This document shows positions 1 to 17,211 of a DNA stretch of 64,000 bases, in pieces. The first letter of the stretch is position 1; each line of letters starts with the position of its first letter. The stretch lies in the NCBI RefSeq assembly GCF_009914755.1, contig NC_060927.1. One strand, given 5' to 3'. The position numbers and the translations under genes are program-made. Source of the DNA: the human T2T-CHM13v2.0 reference genome, Homo sapiens. The notes beneath the pieces were generated by a model. The model searched no databases and had not been told where the DNA came from. It saw only the letters and a list, made by a program, of their open reading frames with translations.

Positions 1-19
1 CAGCCTCAGGACCGCCAAG
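1..19 (+). CDS. C3orf38: C3orf38 exon 1, 3' end (…QPQDRQ + G); the exon starts upstream of the window
   Basis: CAG CCT CAG GAC CGC CAA G followed by donor GTAAGG at 20; the phase-1 G joins AT at 3063 to give Asp in frame with exon 2. Confidence 0.9.
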
Positions 20-200
20 GTAAGGGCGGACCCTTCACCTAGAAGGCTGCCGCCCCTTCCCCGGCCTCACGCCTACCCCGCTTAGGCAGAATCCTCGGGA
101 ATGTTGGCCGCAGCCGCAGATCCACAGCTCTGGAACCACTACGCCGACTTGGGCTGCCGGGTCAAGGCGGGGAGGTGGTGGCGGTGATAATGGCACGGCT
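1..200. promoter_or_regulatory. 3' edge of the CpG island around exon 1
   Basis: GC- and CpG-rich up to ~200, then an abrupt switch to AT-rich sequence. Confidence 0.75.
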
Positions 201-1199
201 TCCAGGTTTTATCCATTGAATATTATGGGCAGCGCTTGTTGATTCAAGGATTCGGAATAAGTCATTTAAATTTTTAAAAATTTTAAAAAATTTTCTGGGG
301 AGCCAGAATGTTTTGCATTTTCAGTTTCGATCAGCTGAAGAGTCAGCTGCTGCTCGGGCTTTTTTCTTCAAGTTTGAGTGGGAGGAGGATGGCAAACATT
401 TTGTATGTCTCTGGTAAAAAGCAACTACTGTAATTAAATGGCAGGCACCTTGAATCCATGTCTCCTTTTGGAGGCAAAATTTTTCTGAGATGATTTTCGT
501 ACTAGGAATACACACAAGCGAGCTAAATACATATACCGGTGGATTTTTAAGGGGTATTAGTGCTAAGTCTGATTGTGACTAGTCCATATAAAAATGTAAA
601 GCGTTTGTTCATTTTGTGTGTCGGGTAGCTAGTTTTATTTTAAATTTGCTGAATTTTACTTCAAAACGTGAAAAATTCCAGATTCCCATATTAGTATATG
701 ATTATCTTTAAAAGATTCTGCCCTTATAAAACTGGGTTTTTCTGCTTAAGTCGGATTTCATTTTTGGCATTGAAGAAAGTCATTTGTCACTCCGAACCAT
801 GGACACTAAAAGAGGAAGTTCCAAAGAATTAAGACCGAAAATAGCTTTAGACTTATATGGTTCTTCAGCGTTTATTTTACATGGCTTTCACCTTCTTATA
901 ATCATGGTGAGTGTGAATTTAAAATTATAATGGATAAAATGCTGCATTTAATTATAGGGTATCTAAAAGCAAATAAGAAAAAAATTCCCAGTTCAAAAAC
1001 GTTTAAATGACTTGAAGAAACATTCCTGGGGCAGGGGGTGGGGAATCACCCTTAAGCATATGAAAGTATACTCAGCATCTTTGGAAACTAATGAAATGAA
1101 AACCAGAAACAGAAGTTGTCTTTTCTGTGTACCAGATTGGAAAAAATATATATATATATATAAACTATAAACTTCAAGTGTTCATGATCAGGTGAAGCA

Positions 1200-1930
1200 A
1201 CTCGTTGACAACTAGTGAAGGAGTTTAAGTTAAAACTGCCACTTTGAAAAAACAAATTTGACATCTCCTAAAATGGCAGATTAGACACATACTCGAGACC
1301 TAGTCTTCTCAAACTTGAATATGCTTTTGAATCTCTCAGGGATCTTGTTAAAATGCAGGTTCTGACTCATTAGTTTTAGGGGAGGCCCAGAAATTCTGCT
1401 TCTAACAAGCTCCAGGTTGATGCTCATACTGCTTGCCCCTTTTTGAGCACTGGGAGATGTGTATGAGAATGTTCAAAGTAACAGCGTTTGTAATTGGACG
1501 CAGAATAGAAGTCTGTAAACAGAAGAATAGTTGGATACCTTGTGTGCAGTCATATAACTAATTATGATATAGCAGTGAAAATGAGTTAGCTATGTATATC
1601 AAATTAATCCAGAAAATATTGAATGAAAAGCTGATTACAGAAAACTATATACTGTATATGGATGGATTGAATTTATAGCACAATTTAAAACATACCAAAC
1701 TAAATATAGTTCAGGGATACATACTTATGCTGTACAACTATAAAAGAAGGGAAATTTTAAAGCAACATTTAGGATAGTAGCTACTCTGAGGTGGATGCGA
1801 ATAAAGAGGAATAGCATTAGGGAAGAGACGAAATGGGGGCCTCAAAGATAGTAATTTCTTATGTCCTAAGCTAGGGGGTATGCATATGGGAGTTCGTTTT
1901 ATTGCCATTCTGTATGACTCACACATGTCA
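1200..1930 (+). mobile_element. Old L1M 3' fragment interrupted by a MER5A-like hAT DNA transposon (~1301-1450)
   Basis: MER5A-like ttctcaaactt…gatcttgttaaaatgcag…tctaacaagctccagg; degenerate L1 3' motifs on both sides. Confidence 0.55.
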
Positions 1931-2296
<366 letters not shown>

Positions 2297-2314
2297 CTAG
2301 AAATACAATAGTTG

Positions 2315-2614
<300 letters not shown>

Positions 2615-3062
2615 TCATTGATACCTAATATGGCCTCAACTTTCATTATCTGTAGAGTGAGGAGATATGACTAAAATTCCTTGACATCTAAAATATTGTT
2701 GTAATTGTCCCTATTTTTAGAGGTTGTACATGAATTTAGGACTGTTGGCCTTATTAGAAAAAATATTTTTTCTCACTTAAATGTTTTCTTAAAATGTAAT
2801 TCTTTAAGAGGAAATGCTAAACTTTCACTATCACTTATGGGAAGTGAACAGAAGAGATTTTAGGTAAGGGAAGTTTAAGGCATAAAGATGTTAAAAGAAA
2901 ACTGACAACGGACTTCCTATTTTTTAAAAATGATGACTATCATGTAACAGCAATAATGCTGTGACGAGAGTTTATAAACATATTTGATAGAGTTTCTGCC
3001 CACCTGGCACAAATTTGTAAGTGCCTCATGATTTTTTATTAATCTTTGCAATTTCTTTCTAG

Positions 3063-3304
3063 ATGCTGTTCATGCAATATTAGCATACAGTCAAAGTGCA
3101 GAAGAACTTCTGAGGCGTAGAAAAGTCCACCGAGAAGTTATATTTAAGTACTTGGCAACACAGGGGATTGTTATACCTCCAGCTACTGAAAAACACAATC
3201 TTATTCAGCATGCAAAAGATTACTGGCAAAAGCAACCACAACTGAAATTGAAGGAAACGCCAGAGCCAGTTACAAAGACAGAGGACATCCACCTATTTCA
3301 ACAG
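3063..3304 (+). CDS. C3orf38: C3orf38 exon 2 (242 nt; [35 protein letters not shown]…EDIHLFQQ)
   Basis: Acceptor tttctttctAG at 3061-3062, donor GTAAAA at 3305; open frame, phase 1 in and phase 0 out. Confidence 0.95.
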
Positions 3305-3404
3305 GTAAAATAAATCTTATGGTTGTATTCTGAACCTTTGTTCTGTCTGAAACTTTGTTGATAATCCTAGATTGTGGGGAACATGGTTAATAATGTTTGT
3401 GGGG

Positions 3405-3825
<421 letters not shown>

Positions 3826-4039
3826 TGATATGTGAGAAAGTATTTTTCAATATCAGCATCATCAAATGAGGACTATTGGATTTTTAGAGAGTAAACTGCA
3901 AGGTTAATTTTAACTTTAGCTCCGTGTAATTTTTTTTCACTTTAGAAGAATTTTATTGCAAATTCTTTCTCACTTTTAAGACGTTTTTGGTATTGCAAAA
4001 ATGTCATGAAAGGAACTTAAAATTTTACTTTAAAAAAAA

Positions 4040-4186
4040 TTTTCTTTTAAGTTCCAGGGTACGTGTGCAGGTTTGTTAGATAGGTAAACATGTGCCATGG
4101 TGGTTTGCTGCGCCTATCAACCTATCACCTAGGTATGAAGCCCAGCATGCGTTAGCTATTTTTCTTGATGCCCCCGCCCCCACATT
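4040..4186 (-). mobile_element. Short 5'-truncated L1PA 3' end
   Basis: ttttaagttccagggtac…tgtgcaggtttgtta…ccatggtggtttgctgc; probable degenerate TSD ggaac(t/c)taaa. Confidence 0.85.
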
Positions 4187-4469
4187 GGAACCTAAATATT
4201 TTTTATACTTTTTTTTTTTTTAACTAGAAAAAGTCCTATTGTAGAAATATTCTCCAGCGAACATTGGCTATTTCTGTTCTTTATATTATCTCCACTGTAC
4301 ATTTTAGATATTGCACAAATATTTAAGTGTTGCTTGAATTAACCTCTATGTAATTTGCAGATTTTTAAACTACATACCACATTTTTTGAATTAATGAGGT
4401 TTCACAGTGAGAAAGCTTTGCCTTCACACTAGGAAAGAATCTTTAAGAGCTTTCTTACTTTATGTACTG

Positions 4470-4606
4470 ATAAGAGCATTGACTTTGAAATCATACAAAT
4501 ACGACTTCAAATTAGGGTCTGCAATATACTAGGTGTGTTAAATTAGGCAAATAACCAGTGCCACGCACAGTGCCCAGTGTATTAAATAGCAGGTGCTCAG
4601 TAAACC
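4470..4606 (+). mobile_element. MIR fragments
   Basis: agagcattgactttg… and cacagtgccc…ggtgctcagtaaa. Confidence 0.5.
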
Positions 4607-4693
4607 TAAGATCTCATACATCTCAGTAAAGTACTGTGTTGTGGAACACATGGATGAATGAGATCTAGTGTATCAGGTAGATTTTTACAGTAA

Positions 4694-4992
<299 letters not shown>

Positions 4993-5214
4993 TTACAGTA
5001 ACATTTTCTGTGAAAAAAGAGAAATAATAGAATAAAATTAATCCCAGTTATAGAAAATAACCTGTTTCAATCACCGTAAGAGTATCTATTTAAAGACAAT
5101 GAAAATGCTTGCTTATATTAACTTTATGTCATTTATATGCAAAATGCATCCATTTAAAGTGAACGTTTTGAAGGTTTTCACATATATACCTGTGATATAC
5201 ATATATACCTGTGA

Positions 5215-5616
<402 letters not shown>

Positions 5617-5871
5617 TGATTTTTAAATTGGCCTTACTAAACCTTACTCTCTTAGCTGAATTTTCAGCAATTTAAGCTGGAAATTTCTAAAATGATTTTT
5701 CTCCTCTTGAAAAAAGATTTTTACTATGCATAATGGGTTCAGCAAGTTCACATATGGTTCATTTCTCTCTGGTGTAATGGGTTCATTCAAACTTAATAGG
5801 CTAGATAGAAAAATAGATATGAAAGTTAAACCTTAGTGTTATTTTGTATTTATTTTATTTGTTTCAATCAG

Positions 5872-6486
5872 CAGGTGAAAGAAGATAAAAAAGCTGAAAA
5901 AGTTGATTTTCGTCGCCTAGGAGAAGAATTCTGTCATTGGTTCTTTGGACTTCTTAATTCTCAGAATCCTTTTCTAGGACCACCTCAAGATGAATGGGGA
6001 CCACAGCACTTCTGGCATGATGTGAAGCTTAGGTTTTATTACAACACATCAGAACAAAATGTTATGGACTACCATGGAGCAGAAATCGTGAGCCTTCGTT
6101 TGCTGTCACTAGTAAAAGAAGAATTTCTTTTTCTCAGCCCCAACCTAGATTCACATGGACTGAAATGTGCATCTTCTCCTCATGGGCTGGTTATGGTTGG
6201 AGTTGCTGGGACTGTCCATCGAGGAAACACTTGTTTGGGCATTTTTGAACAAATTTTTGGACTCATCCGCTGCCCTTTTGTGGAGAATACTTGGAAAATC
6301 AAATTTATCAACCTGAAAATTATGGGAGAGAGTTCCCTTGCTCCTGGAACATTACCGAAACCATCTGTTAAATTTGAACAAAGTGATCTAGAGGCCTTTT
6401 ATAATGTAATCACTGTATGTGGTACCAATGAAGTACGACATAATGTAAAGCAGGCTTCGGATAGTGGAACTGGGGACCAAGTTTGA
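5872..6486 (+). CDS. C3orf38: C3orf38 exon 3 coding part (QVKEDKK…GTGDQV*, 204 aa)
   Basis: ORF 5836..6486 downstream of a polypyrimidine tract and CAG acceptor at 5869-5871; in frame with exon 2; TGA at 6484-6486. Confidence 0.95.
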   Translation, partial: QVKEDKKAEKVDFRRLGEEFCHWFFGLLNSQNPFLGPPQDEWGPQHFWHDVKLRFYYNTSEQNVMDYHGAEIVSLRLLSLVKEEFLFLSPNLDSHGLKCASSPHGLVMVGVAGTVHRGNTCLGIFEQIFGLIRCPFVENTWKIKFINLKIMGESSLAPGTLPKPSVKFEQSDLEAFYNVITVCGTNEVRHNVKQASDSGTGDQV

Positions 6487-6746
6487 GGTAGTGGAAATGA
6501 GACATTGCTGAACAAAAGAGAACTGGGTTTACCTGACCCTCTAAAGCGCTAAGTACTGTCAGCCTGAAAAAAATCTTCTATACAGAAACTCTTCCAAATA
6601 CTATATCAGTAATGTCTGAATGATTTCAGATGTGAAAATTGACATATTTTAGTTGAAATACCTTTCTGGACTACAGACTTACATATCATGTGAATACTTA
6701 CCTATTTCTACCCGAGTTGCAGCAAGTATTCTGAAAGCTTAATGCA

Positions 6747-6752
6747 AATAAA
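6747..6752 (+). terminator. Candidate proximal polyadenylation signal AATAAA
   Basis: Canonical hexamer in the 3' UTR followed by TGTGTG/T-rich sequence. Confidence 0.4.
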
Positions 6753-7782
6753 TCCCACTTTAGATCTTACAGCTAACTGTGTGCCTTAGAAACCAGGTAA
6801 TATTTTCCTTTTACTTAGTGAATATTCTGCTAATATCTGCACTTTTCATGTGGGAAAGGATTAATAATGGTCCAGGCTTCCCCTCTTTAAGTTTCATGTT
6901 TACTTTTGTCTAACTCTGGATAATTGTATTTTACAAATGCATCTCACTGTAGTATATTTTTAAAACTATTAAATATTTTAGAGATGTTTAACGTAAACTC
7001 AAAGTTCTCATTTTAGAAAATTTAAATAACATTCTTTTTGCAAAAAAGTCCAATAATTTAACAGTTGAAGAAAAACTTACTACCTCTTTAAATATTTGAG
7101 AAACATTTTTCAAAGTTATCAGCTGTAGTCCAAGCTAAATATCTTTTGTAATCTGCAACATTTTCCTTACTGTTTTTGGGCAGTGATAAATGCTGTTCTC
7201 GAAATAGACTTTATTCTTACCTAGGCTTCAGCCAACAGTTTTATAGAGCAGTTACTGTAATACAATATAAAGGAAATATGCTGTTGAAATTTTAAAGGTA
7301 TGCCCAGTTCCTAACTTTTAAACGAATTACCGTTCTTCCTCTTGGCTGATCTTGGCAGAGATGACAAAAAAAACCCCAAAACAACCCATGCATGTATAAT
7401 GTGTGTATACACATATACATAAGTATACATATACTCCCACATTATAACTTAGAATATTTAGTTTTTTACCTGTTACTAGGTTTGAGTTACATGGTTGAGT
7501 TGCCAAATTATTTACATGCTTTGTTTAAATTCTTCATCACCTAGCAACTGTTTGCTGATCATGGATTTACTTAGTTACTTTAATTTATAAAATTACCATT
7601 TGGAAAAGAACTCAATTGGGAAATGTGATGACGTATTGTACATGTTACTTTTTCCTTTGCTATAATCATCTAGGGAGACTGATAAGAATTTTGGAAATGG
7701 GAGCCTGGAAACTCATCTTTGTTTTTTTAATGCTATGCCTCTTACGAGGAATACGAATTGGTATGTCCTAAAATAAGAACTT

Positions 7783-7788
7783 AATAAA
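7783..7788 (+). terminator. Candidate distal polyadenylation signal AATAAA
   Basis: Canonical hexamer with GT/T-rich downstream elements at 7800-7870. Confidence 0.6.
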
Positions 7789-9271
7789 GGAGGGAAATCC
7801 CTTTTGTCTGCTATAAGAATAGTGTATCGTTCAGATTTAATTTATAGTTGTGTTGCTCTTAGAGTTTTAGGCATTTAACGAGAACAAAGAAAATTTTATA
7901 ACTGCTAGTTACACTGTTATTGTAATATAATTAAGTATAAAGAAAATAGTGTGCAAAATAATTTCCTCTCATATTTTTATAAAGGTACACAATCAGGTCA
8001 CAAGTCCATCTTTATCCATCCTATACCTCTGCTTGAGTTTTGAAAACTGGGTTACCTTTTATTTCTTAGTTTGAAGTTTGAAATATCATTATAAAGTGTA
8101 ATAGGTAAACATCCTAAGTAAAGGATAAAATTAAAAACCATTCTTGTTACTAGAGATACTCAAAAAGGGCAGGGATTTCCTCTAGGTACCTTTAGTATTA
8201 AACTTTTGAGTTCGTGTAAAGCACAAATAAGGCTGCAATTTCTGCACATAGTTTTGAATCAACCTTAAAAATGTAAAATCTTTTTGATAGTCTTGAGATT
8301 CTTGAGGATTAATGCTATTTTATTTCATGTTTATTTCATGAATCCCTAGATATGGGCACACTACAGCCTAATATTGGAGTGAATGCATTAACGAATGAGC
8401 AAAAACAACTTATATACTGTGTACAAAAGGCTTTTCCGCTTCTAGAGTTTATCTTTGGTTCTTCTCATCAGTGTTACTTTTTCAGTCACATAGTTTCTTT
8501 GAATTTCATACTTGAATACGCAGAAACTTTTAGGCCCCCAAAATAACTCAGATTTGTGAGGAGAAAGATACTGACTTTAAAAGCCCAGGATCAGTAAGAG
8601 ACCCTGAGATTCCTGAGGCTACCTGGAAAACATTACAGGGGAAGTGTATGAAGAAACAGTATTTGGAGGAGAAAGACCTAGAGGAACTGAAGTCTGTTAG
8701 TGAAGCTTGAAGCTTGATCAGCCTTTTGTGAGAACAGCCAAAAAGCACAGTGCCAGGATTGAACTCTACTTGTGCAGGATTGAACCCCATTAGTCTTTTT
8801 ATGCCAGGGAATGGTGGAGAAAGAAACCAGCTGTAGTTCTCTGTTTTGATATACCCAACCGGTATTTGGAAAGTCTGGAGTCAGTTGTAAAGAAGAATAC
8901 AATACAGATAATTCATCATAATTGGGTGGTCAAACTGGGGAGACCATCTGGACCTTTACTTTCTGTAGGCTAATTTGCCATAGCCTAATAACAGGGCATA
9001 CATAGTAAATATCCTTTTTTGTTAAAATTTTTTAAAAATTGTAATAGTTATGTTAGGATACTTTGTTAGAATCTAGAATGTGAAATAACGTACTTCATGT
9101 GTCTTCTTACCAAAAATACCAACGATAAGGGGAAAAGCCATCTTTAATTTATTAAATCAACTTGAAAATGGCAAACAAGATAGCAGATCAGGAAATGTTC
9201 CTGGGTTTTCAGAAAGGTAACATACTAAAAGAAGGTTAGTTACCTAGTACCAACAAGAAATTGTAATAGTG

Positions 9272-9659
<388 letters not shown>

Positions 9660-10278
9660 TTAACAAAATAGGTTATACGGCTAAGTAGATCATAAAAATG
9701 AATGCAAATCCCACTGTAATGTTATCCTTAGGATATCTCTGTTTTTACAAACTTAGATGACCTTTTCTTCACTGCTTCATTTGGGTTGTGGAAGTTGGTC
9801 ATACAAGTTGAGTGTTGTGTTCTTACTCATGAAAAATGTTTGCATGAATTTTTAGAGTTTTTACATATTTCATTGAGTCAGTGGGTTTCACTAAAACAGC
9901 TGTGTGTCTTATTCTCCATGTCTGGAAAATCCTGCCGTAATAATTACATTTACCCCAGACGACTACTCTACTGTGTTAAAAAGTGAAAATATTTATAAAA
10001 GATTTTGTGGTATTTTTAAGTCCTTAAGTTAGAGGACTAAACCTTTTTTATGAATGAAAGGATAATCTCTAGGAAATGTTAGTTTATGATAGTTTGTAAC
10101 TTGTGAATTTTGGTTTCCAGACATGGAGACAAAACCAACCAAAATACTGTCAAGTGGAACGTAAAAATATTAATTCAGAATTCATTTTATTTTGGCAAGA
10201 TAAATTTAATGAAGAATAATTAACATGCTTTGGAGAAAGTGATAAAAACATGAAAAAAAAATTTAGAAATGATTCTCC

Positions 10279-10491
10279 AGACCTTTACAAAAACTTTTCC
10301 TAAGAAATTATTTAGAAATAATTGTATATTGCTAATTCTGATGAAAGATTTTGAAAACAGGAACATTTCTTCTTTACAAAACTTTTCCTAAGAAAAGACT
10401 TTTACAAAAACTTTTCCTAAGAAATTATTTAGAAATAATTTTATATTGCTAATTCTGATGAAGGATTTTGAAAACAGGAACATTTCTTCTT
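10279..10491. repeat. ~96-bp tandem duplication with an intervening partial copy
   Basis: Copies at 10279-10374 and 10396-10491; partial copy at 10372-10395. Confidence 0.95.
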
Positions 10492-10807
10492 CCGGGCCTA
10501 TCTATGTATGTGATCTCACCTTATACCTCTTCTTCCTGCCTCTCCTCTCACCCCCAAAATCCTATTCATAACCTTTGTTATTTACCCAGTTTTGATGCAG
10601 ATAGCACAGCGTCCATGCTAGGAAACAACACTTTCTGGATTGGGATTCTCTTCAAGTTTATTTGGCATATATTTATTGGGCATCTGTTGGTAAGTCACTG
10701 AATCAAGTGCAAGACAAAATACATCAGTAGATTATTTACATAAACTTACATTGGATTCAGATCTCAGTCTCTGGGTTTAAGTTTTCTTAAGGTGGAAACT
10801 TCTTTAG

Positions 10808-11568
<761 letters not shown>

Positions 11569-11992
11569 TAGAATTGGAAACAAAAGTTTCCAAATTGTTT
11601 GAATGTGCTAAATGCTTTTAGCTTTATTTTTCTAGTCTGAACCTTTCCAGTAGCCTTTCAGTAAGATGTAAATATTGAAATTAAATGTAATATTTACTGT
11701 GGTATATAAAACCAGAAACTCCAGAACTACTTGTGTTAGTCATGAAATCACTGGCCTAGAGTTTGGTAGCTTCTAACTTCTATTGCCAGTACTGCTAAAT
11801 CTTCTTTTTTTTTCTTTTTCTTTTTTTTTTGTGAGTCATTTGGTGAGGCTCTTGATCAGTAATTTTCATCTTCAGTTTGTAGATATCTTAAGTCTCAGGT
11901 GTGCAATTAGTTATACTTGAATTAATAAATTTAAGGATTGAAGGAAAAATCACCCACTGCCAGCTGTTACTTGTCTGATTCAGTGTTTTCTG

Positions 11993-12031
<39 letters not shown>
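11993..12031. repeat. Isolated poly(A) tract
   Basis: About 38-39 consecutive A with no attached Alu or L1 body. Confidence 0.95.
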
Positions 12032-12033
<2 letters not shown>

Positions 12034-13162
12034 AGGAAAGCCTTTTCCTTAAAACATTTAGTTTATAAGTTTGCATCTTTTCCATGTCTCATCTTTTACT
12101 ATACTAATTAGTATCACACTTAATTCTCAAATTGTTACATGTAAGTTACCTTTGCCTCCCTAAATTGTAAATTATTAGAACCGGTGATTCTTACTTATTT
12201 TGCAGTCTTTTTTTTCCCAGTGCCTTGCACAGGATAAGTCAAATTTGGGGTGCTTATTACATGCCAGTTACTATTCCATATACATTGCATGTATTTACTC
12301 ATTCAATCTTGTGAGCAGCTACATGAGATAGATGCGATTATCCCTCTTTTACCTGAAAACAGGATTGAATAACTTCCTAGGCTATCAAAGTATGCGATAA
12401 ATACTGTGACTACACTATATTTCCTCATATGTAGTAGGGTTTTGAGGAATACTTTTTGACTGATTATCTTCAATGTGAAGGTTTTCATTTGCTGGCATTT
12501 ATTTCCAAAACAAAGATTCCTTTAATCTATATTGCTTGTCTAAATGCAGAGTAGGAGTATTATTTCATATTGTATTCTACTTGTAATTATATCTCGAATT
12601 GCTTATTTAGTGATTTATAACATCTTGGAGAAAAATACAGAATATTCATGTAAAACAATATTTCATAAAGATAATTGGGTAACATATGTAACAATTTATA
12701 TCAAATCTCTTGAACTCACCACAATCTCTAGTCTTTTTCCCCTCCTGTTTATGACACCATTGTGCTTTTAGTGTCAGAGACAGTCTTTGTTTCATATGTT
12801 CAATTTCTTGCCACATCTGGATGTAGCGTATCTGTAGTGTTTTCTGTTTCTGCTGCTGCTGTTAGGTTCTCTTTACCTAACCTTTCACTAATTTTAATCT
12901 TATTTCTCTGCTTTAATATTTGTTGCCTATTTATGACATTAAAATTTTCTTAAAGTACAACTTTCATGTGCAGAACTTTCAGTGGTGTTGCATTACCTCC
13001 AAAATAAAATCCAGATTTCATAATCTGCCATTCATCGCCACCTAGTTTGATCCACTCACTTTCACACATTGTTTGGTACAATCATCTACTAAGTAGGCTT
13101 TCTCTTTATCCTGTACTTACTTAGACCTCTGTTTTATGCCCACGTATCCAAACTTAATTTTT

Positions 13163-13525
<363 letters not shown>

Positions 13526-14095
13526 TCAAACAGTTTAATAATGAAATTTCTTCAATAAATCAAGCATTATTCCTCTGCAGGAGTTTTGTGTACATTGTCT
13601 AGAATAATCTTTCCCAAGCTTTTTGCATGGCTGCTTCATTTTCACCTTTGAGGCTGCCTGCCTTTTATCTTGGATTAAATGTATTCTCTTATCTAAATTC
13701 TCAGTATTTATCAGAGCACCTTGTTTGTTTGAGTCTAGCACTTTAGATATTATTTGGTAATTTACTAATTTATTATGTATCTCCCCCAGTAAATTTTAAG
13801 CTGAGAACAGGGACTGTAACTGTTTTACTCACATTATATTTGTATTGCTTTGCACAGAGACTAGATATTAAATATTTATTAAAGATAGAAATAAGGAAGT
13901 GATGCTACTTTGTATTCAAAGCTTTATATATTCCTAGACCTTTGCTTATCTGTTAAAAACAAGACCTAGCATATAACATATATTAGATGCTCAGTAAATA
14001 TGTTTAATGAATAAAACCAAAGTTATCGTCTGGAATCATAATACATGAGTTCTAATACACCCTGGTAGATAGAATTATCTAGTTCTTATACTTTT

Positions 14096-14375
14096 ATTTG
14101 TTGTTGAGATGGAGTTTCACTCTTGTTGCCCAGGCTGGAGTGCAGTGACACGACCTCAGCTCACTCCTGGGTTCAAGTGATTCTCCTGCCTCAGCCTCCC
14201 GAGTAGCTGGGATTACAGGCGCCCACCACAACGCCCGGCTAATTTTTTGTATTTTTAGTAGAGATGGGGTTTCAACATATTGGCCAGGCTGGTCTTGAAC
14301 TCCTGATCTCAGGTGTTTCACCCGCCTCGGCCTCCCAAAGTGCTGGGATCACAGGCGTGAGCCACCACGCCTGTC
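14096..14375 (-). mobile_element. AluS (small internal deletion)
   Basis: Antisense Alu; TSD ctagttcttatactttt. Confidence 0.95.
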
Positions 14376-14379
14376 CTAG

Positions 14380-14686
<307 letters not shown>

Positions 14687-15806
14687 CCTAGTTCTTATAC
14701 TTTTATGAAAGACAAAGAAGGTGAAGTGCTCCCCTGACCCCCCAACCCCGAAAAAAGCTTAGTAACATGCTGAAGGTCACATAGTTTTGTTGTGGTGACC
14801 TGGCCTGTTTTGTTTTTAACAGCAAAGCCCATGTGTTTTTCTTGCACTTTGTTTACAGTCTGACTACTGCCATTTCCTTAATTTCAAAGATTTTCAACTT
14901 GAATCCTCAATTTCTTCACATGAAAAAATGGACCATCTAGATTAGATGGTTTCTAAGGTCTGCTGTGATTTTAAAGTTATGTAGCATTGTGGTTGTATGT
15001 CTTCACAGCAGTTCAAGAATATTGCTTTTAAAGGAATTTGTAGTTCTTTGTTGGGAAAATTTTCTATTATTTTGCTTCCTCATAAGTGATGCTCATCTTT
15101 TCAAAGAAATACATATACATTTTTAAGTGTATGTATGAGTAGTATGTGTATTTCTGTCTACAAAATTATAAAATGATGAAACCATTCTGTCATACCTAGA
15201 ATATAAAAGGGAAAAAAGTGTGAATTCTTTAAATATTTTTCTATGTCCTAATCACTGGAAGTCCTATAGTTGTTTCAAACTGTTCTGTAAAATTTGTCTT
15301 GTTGCTTATGTTCAAAATATATTTCCATGTTTTAGTGAAGAAAAGTACAAAGTGGCTTGACAGAAAGTGAAATTAAGACTGCTGGTAATCCTTTGAAGAG
15401 ACTTAGTAATAGGAGTTGGCAAATATTTAAGAGTGGCATTGGAGACAAATGGCAGATTCAGGATAGGCTGTTTCTGTAGGAAGCATGGTTCTGGATGAGT
15501 GCTGCTCATAAAGTCATTGAAAGTTATTCCAGATAGTTTAATAGAAGTGTTTGTTTAGCAAAGACAACAGATTTTGCTATTTTGACTGCATTGATTGTAT
15601 TAGTTCAGATTTATGAAAGAAAGAGCCCGGAATACAGAAATAAGATAACAATAGAAAATTTAAGCATGTCAAGAACTCTAATGCTGGAATTGTCACAGCA
15701 ACCACAAAATTACTGGGCATCAATAGACTCCTAAGAATTAAGAGAAATTGCAGAATGTAAGCCATAATTGTCATTTTAGGAACATTATGCTAGAGCACAA
15801 GTTTAG

Positions 15807-16156
<350 letters not shown>

Positions 16157-16901
16157 AGTGTTCTCTCTTAAATGTGTTTCAATATGGTGGACATTTATTG
16201 AGCACTTGTGTTGGGCGTTTCAACAGGAGGCACTGGTACGAAAAGTAGCTTGTTCTAGTTCATATATCATTTGCACTTTGCTTAACTTGTATAAGTACTT
16301 TTTACTGTTTAATAAATATTTTATTAGAAAATACTTCTCTGATCTCTCATTGATGCCCTTCTTACTATTTTAACCATTGTCATCTTTGGACATCTGTCTG
16401 AATTGTGGGTAAGACCTTAACCTTTGGAGTAGAGAGCAATGCTGCTTACAAAATAATGATTGTTGGTAGTCTGTTCAACAGATTTGCAATTTCAAAAAGA
16501 AAAAAATGCAACTTTTTCCCACATCTTTCACATATATTTTGCAAATCTTATGCACATAATTCACATATTTTGCACATTTTAAATGTAAGATGATTTGCAT
16601 GACAATCCCCTTAAGTTTTTAAGTGTTAGTTTATTGTAGATGCTTATGTACACAGTGAAGACTGTAGGTCAGTTTTAACCTCAGCCAACATGAGGTTAAC
16701 CGGATGTTCACCTTACTAATGTTCTTTCGTATTAATTTTAATGCTTGTTAAATTTACATTTTATATTTGATACTCATTTTCCCAATTCACAAAATTGGCT
16801 TATTGAAAAATGATGAAAATAGTAACAAATATCATTCGTAAAAATGCTCCAATGGAAATAACTTCAGTGTGAATACAGAATGAGAAAATGTATGTGCTTT
16901 T

Positions 16902-17211
<310 letters not shown>

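Larger units (their letters stand above)
6487..7810 (+). other. C3orf38: C3orf38 3' UTR (end approximate)
   Basis: Repeat-free AT-rich sequence after the stop codon, up to the AATAAA at 7783. Confidence 0.65.

Noticed and set aside
5836-5871. N-terminal [12 protein letters not shown] of the 216-aa ORF
   Set aside because: This is intronic polypyrimidine tract with a non-ATG start; the true exon starts at the AG acceptor
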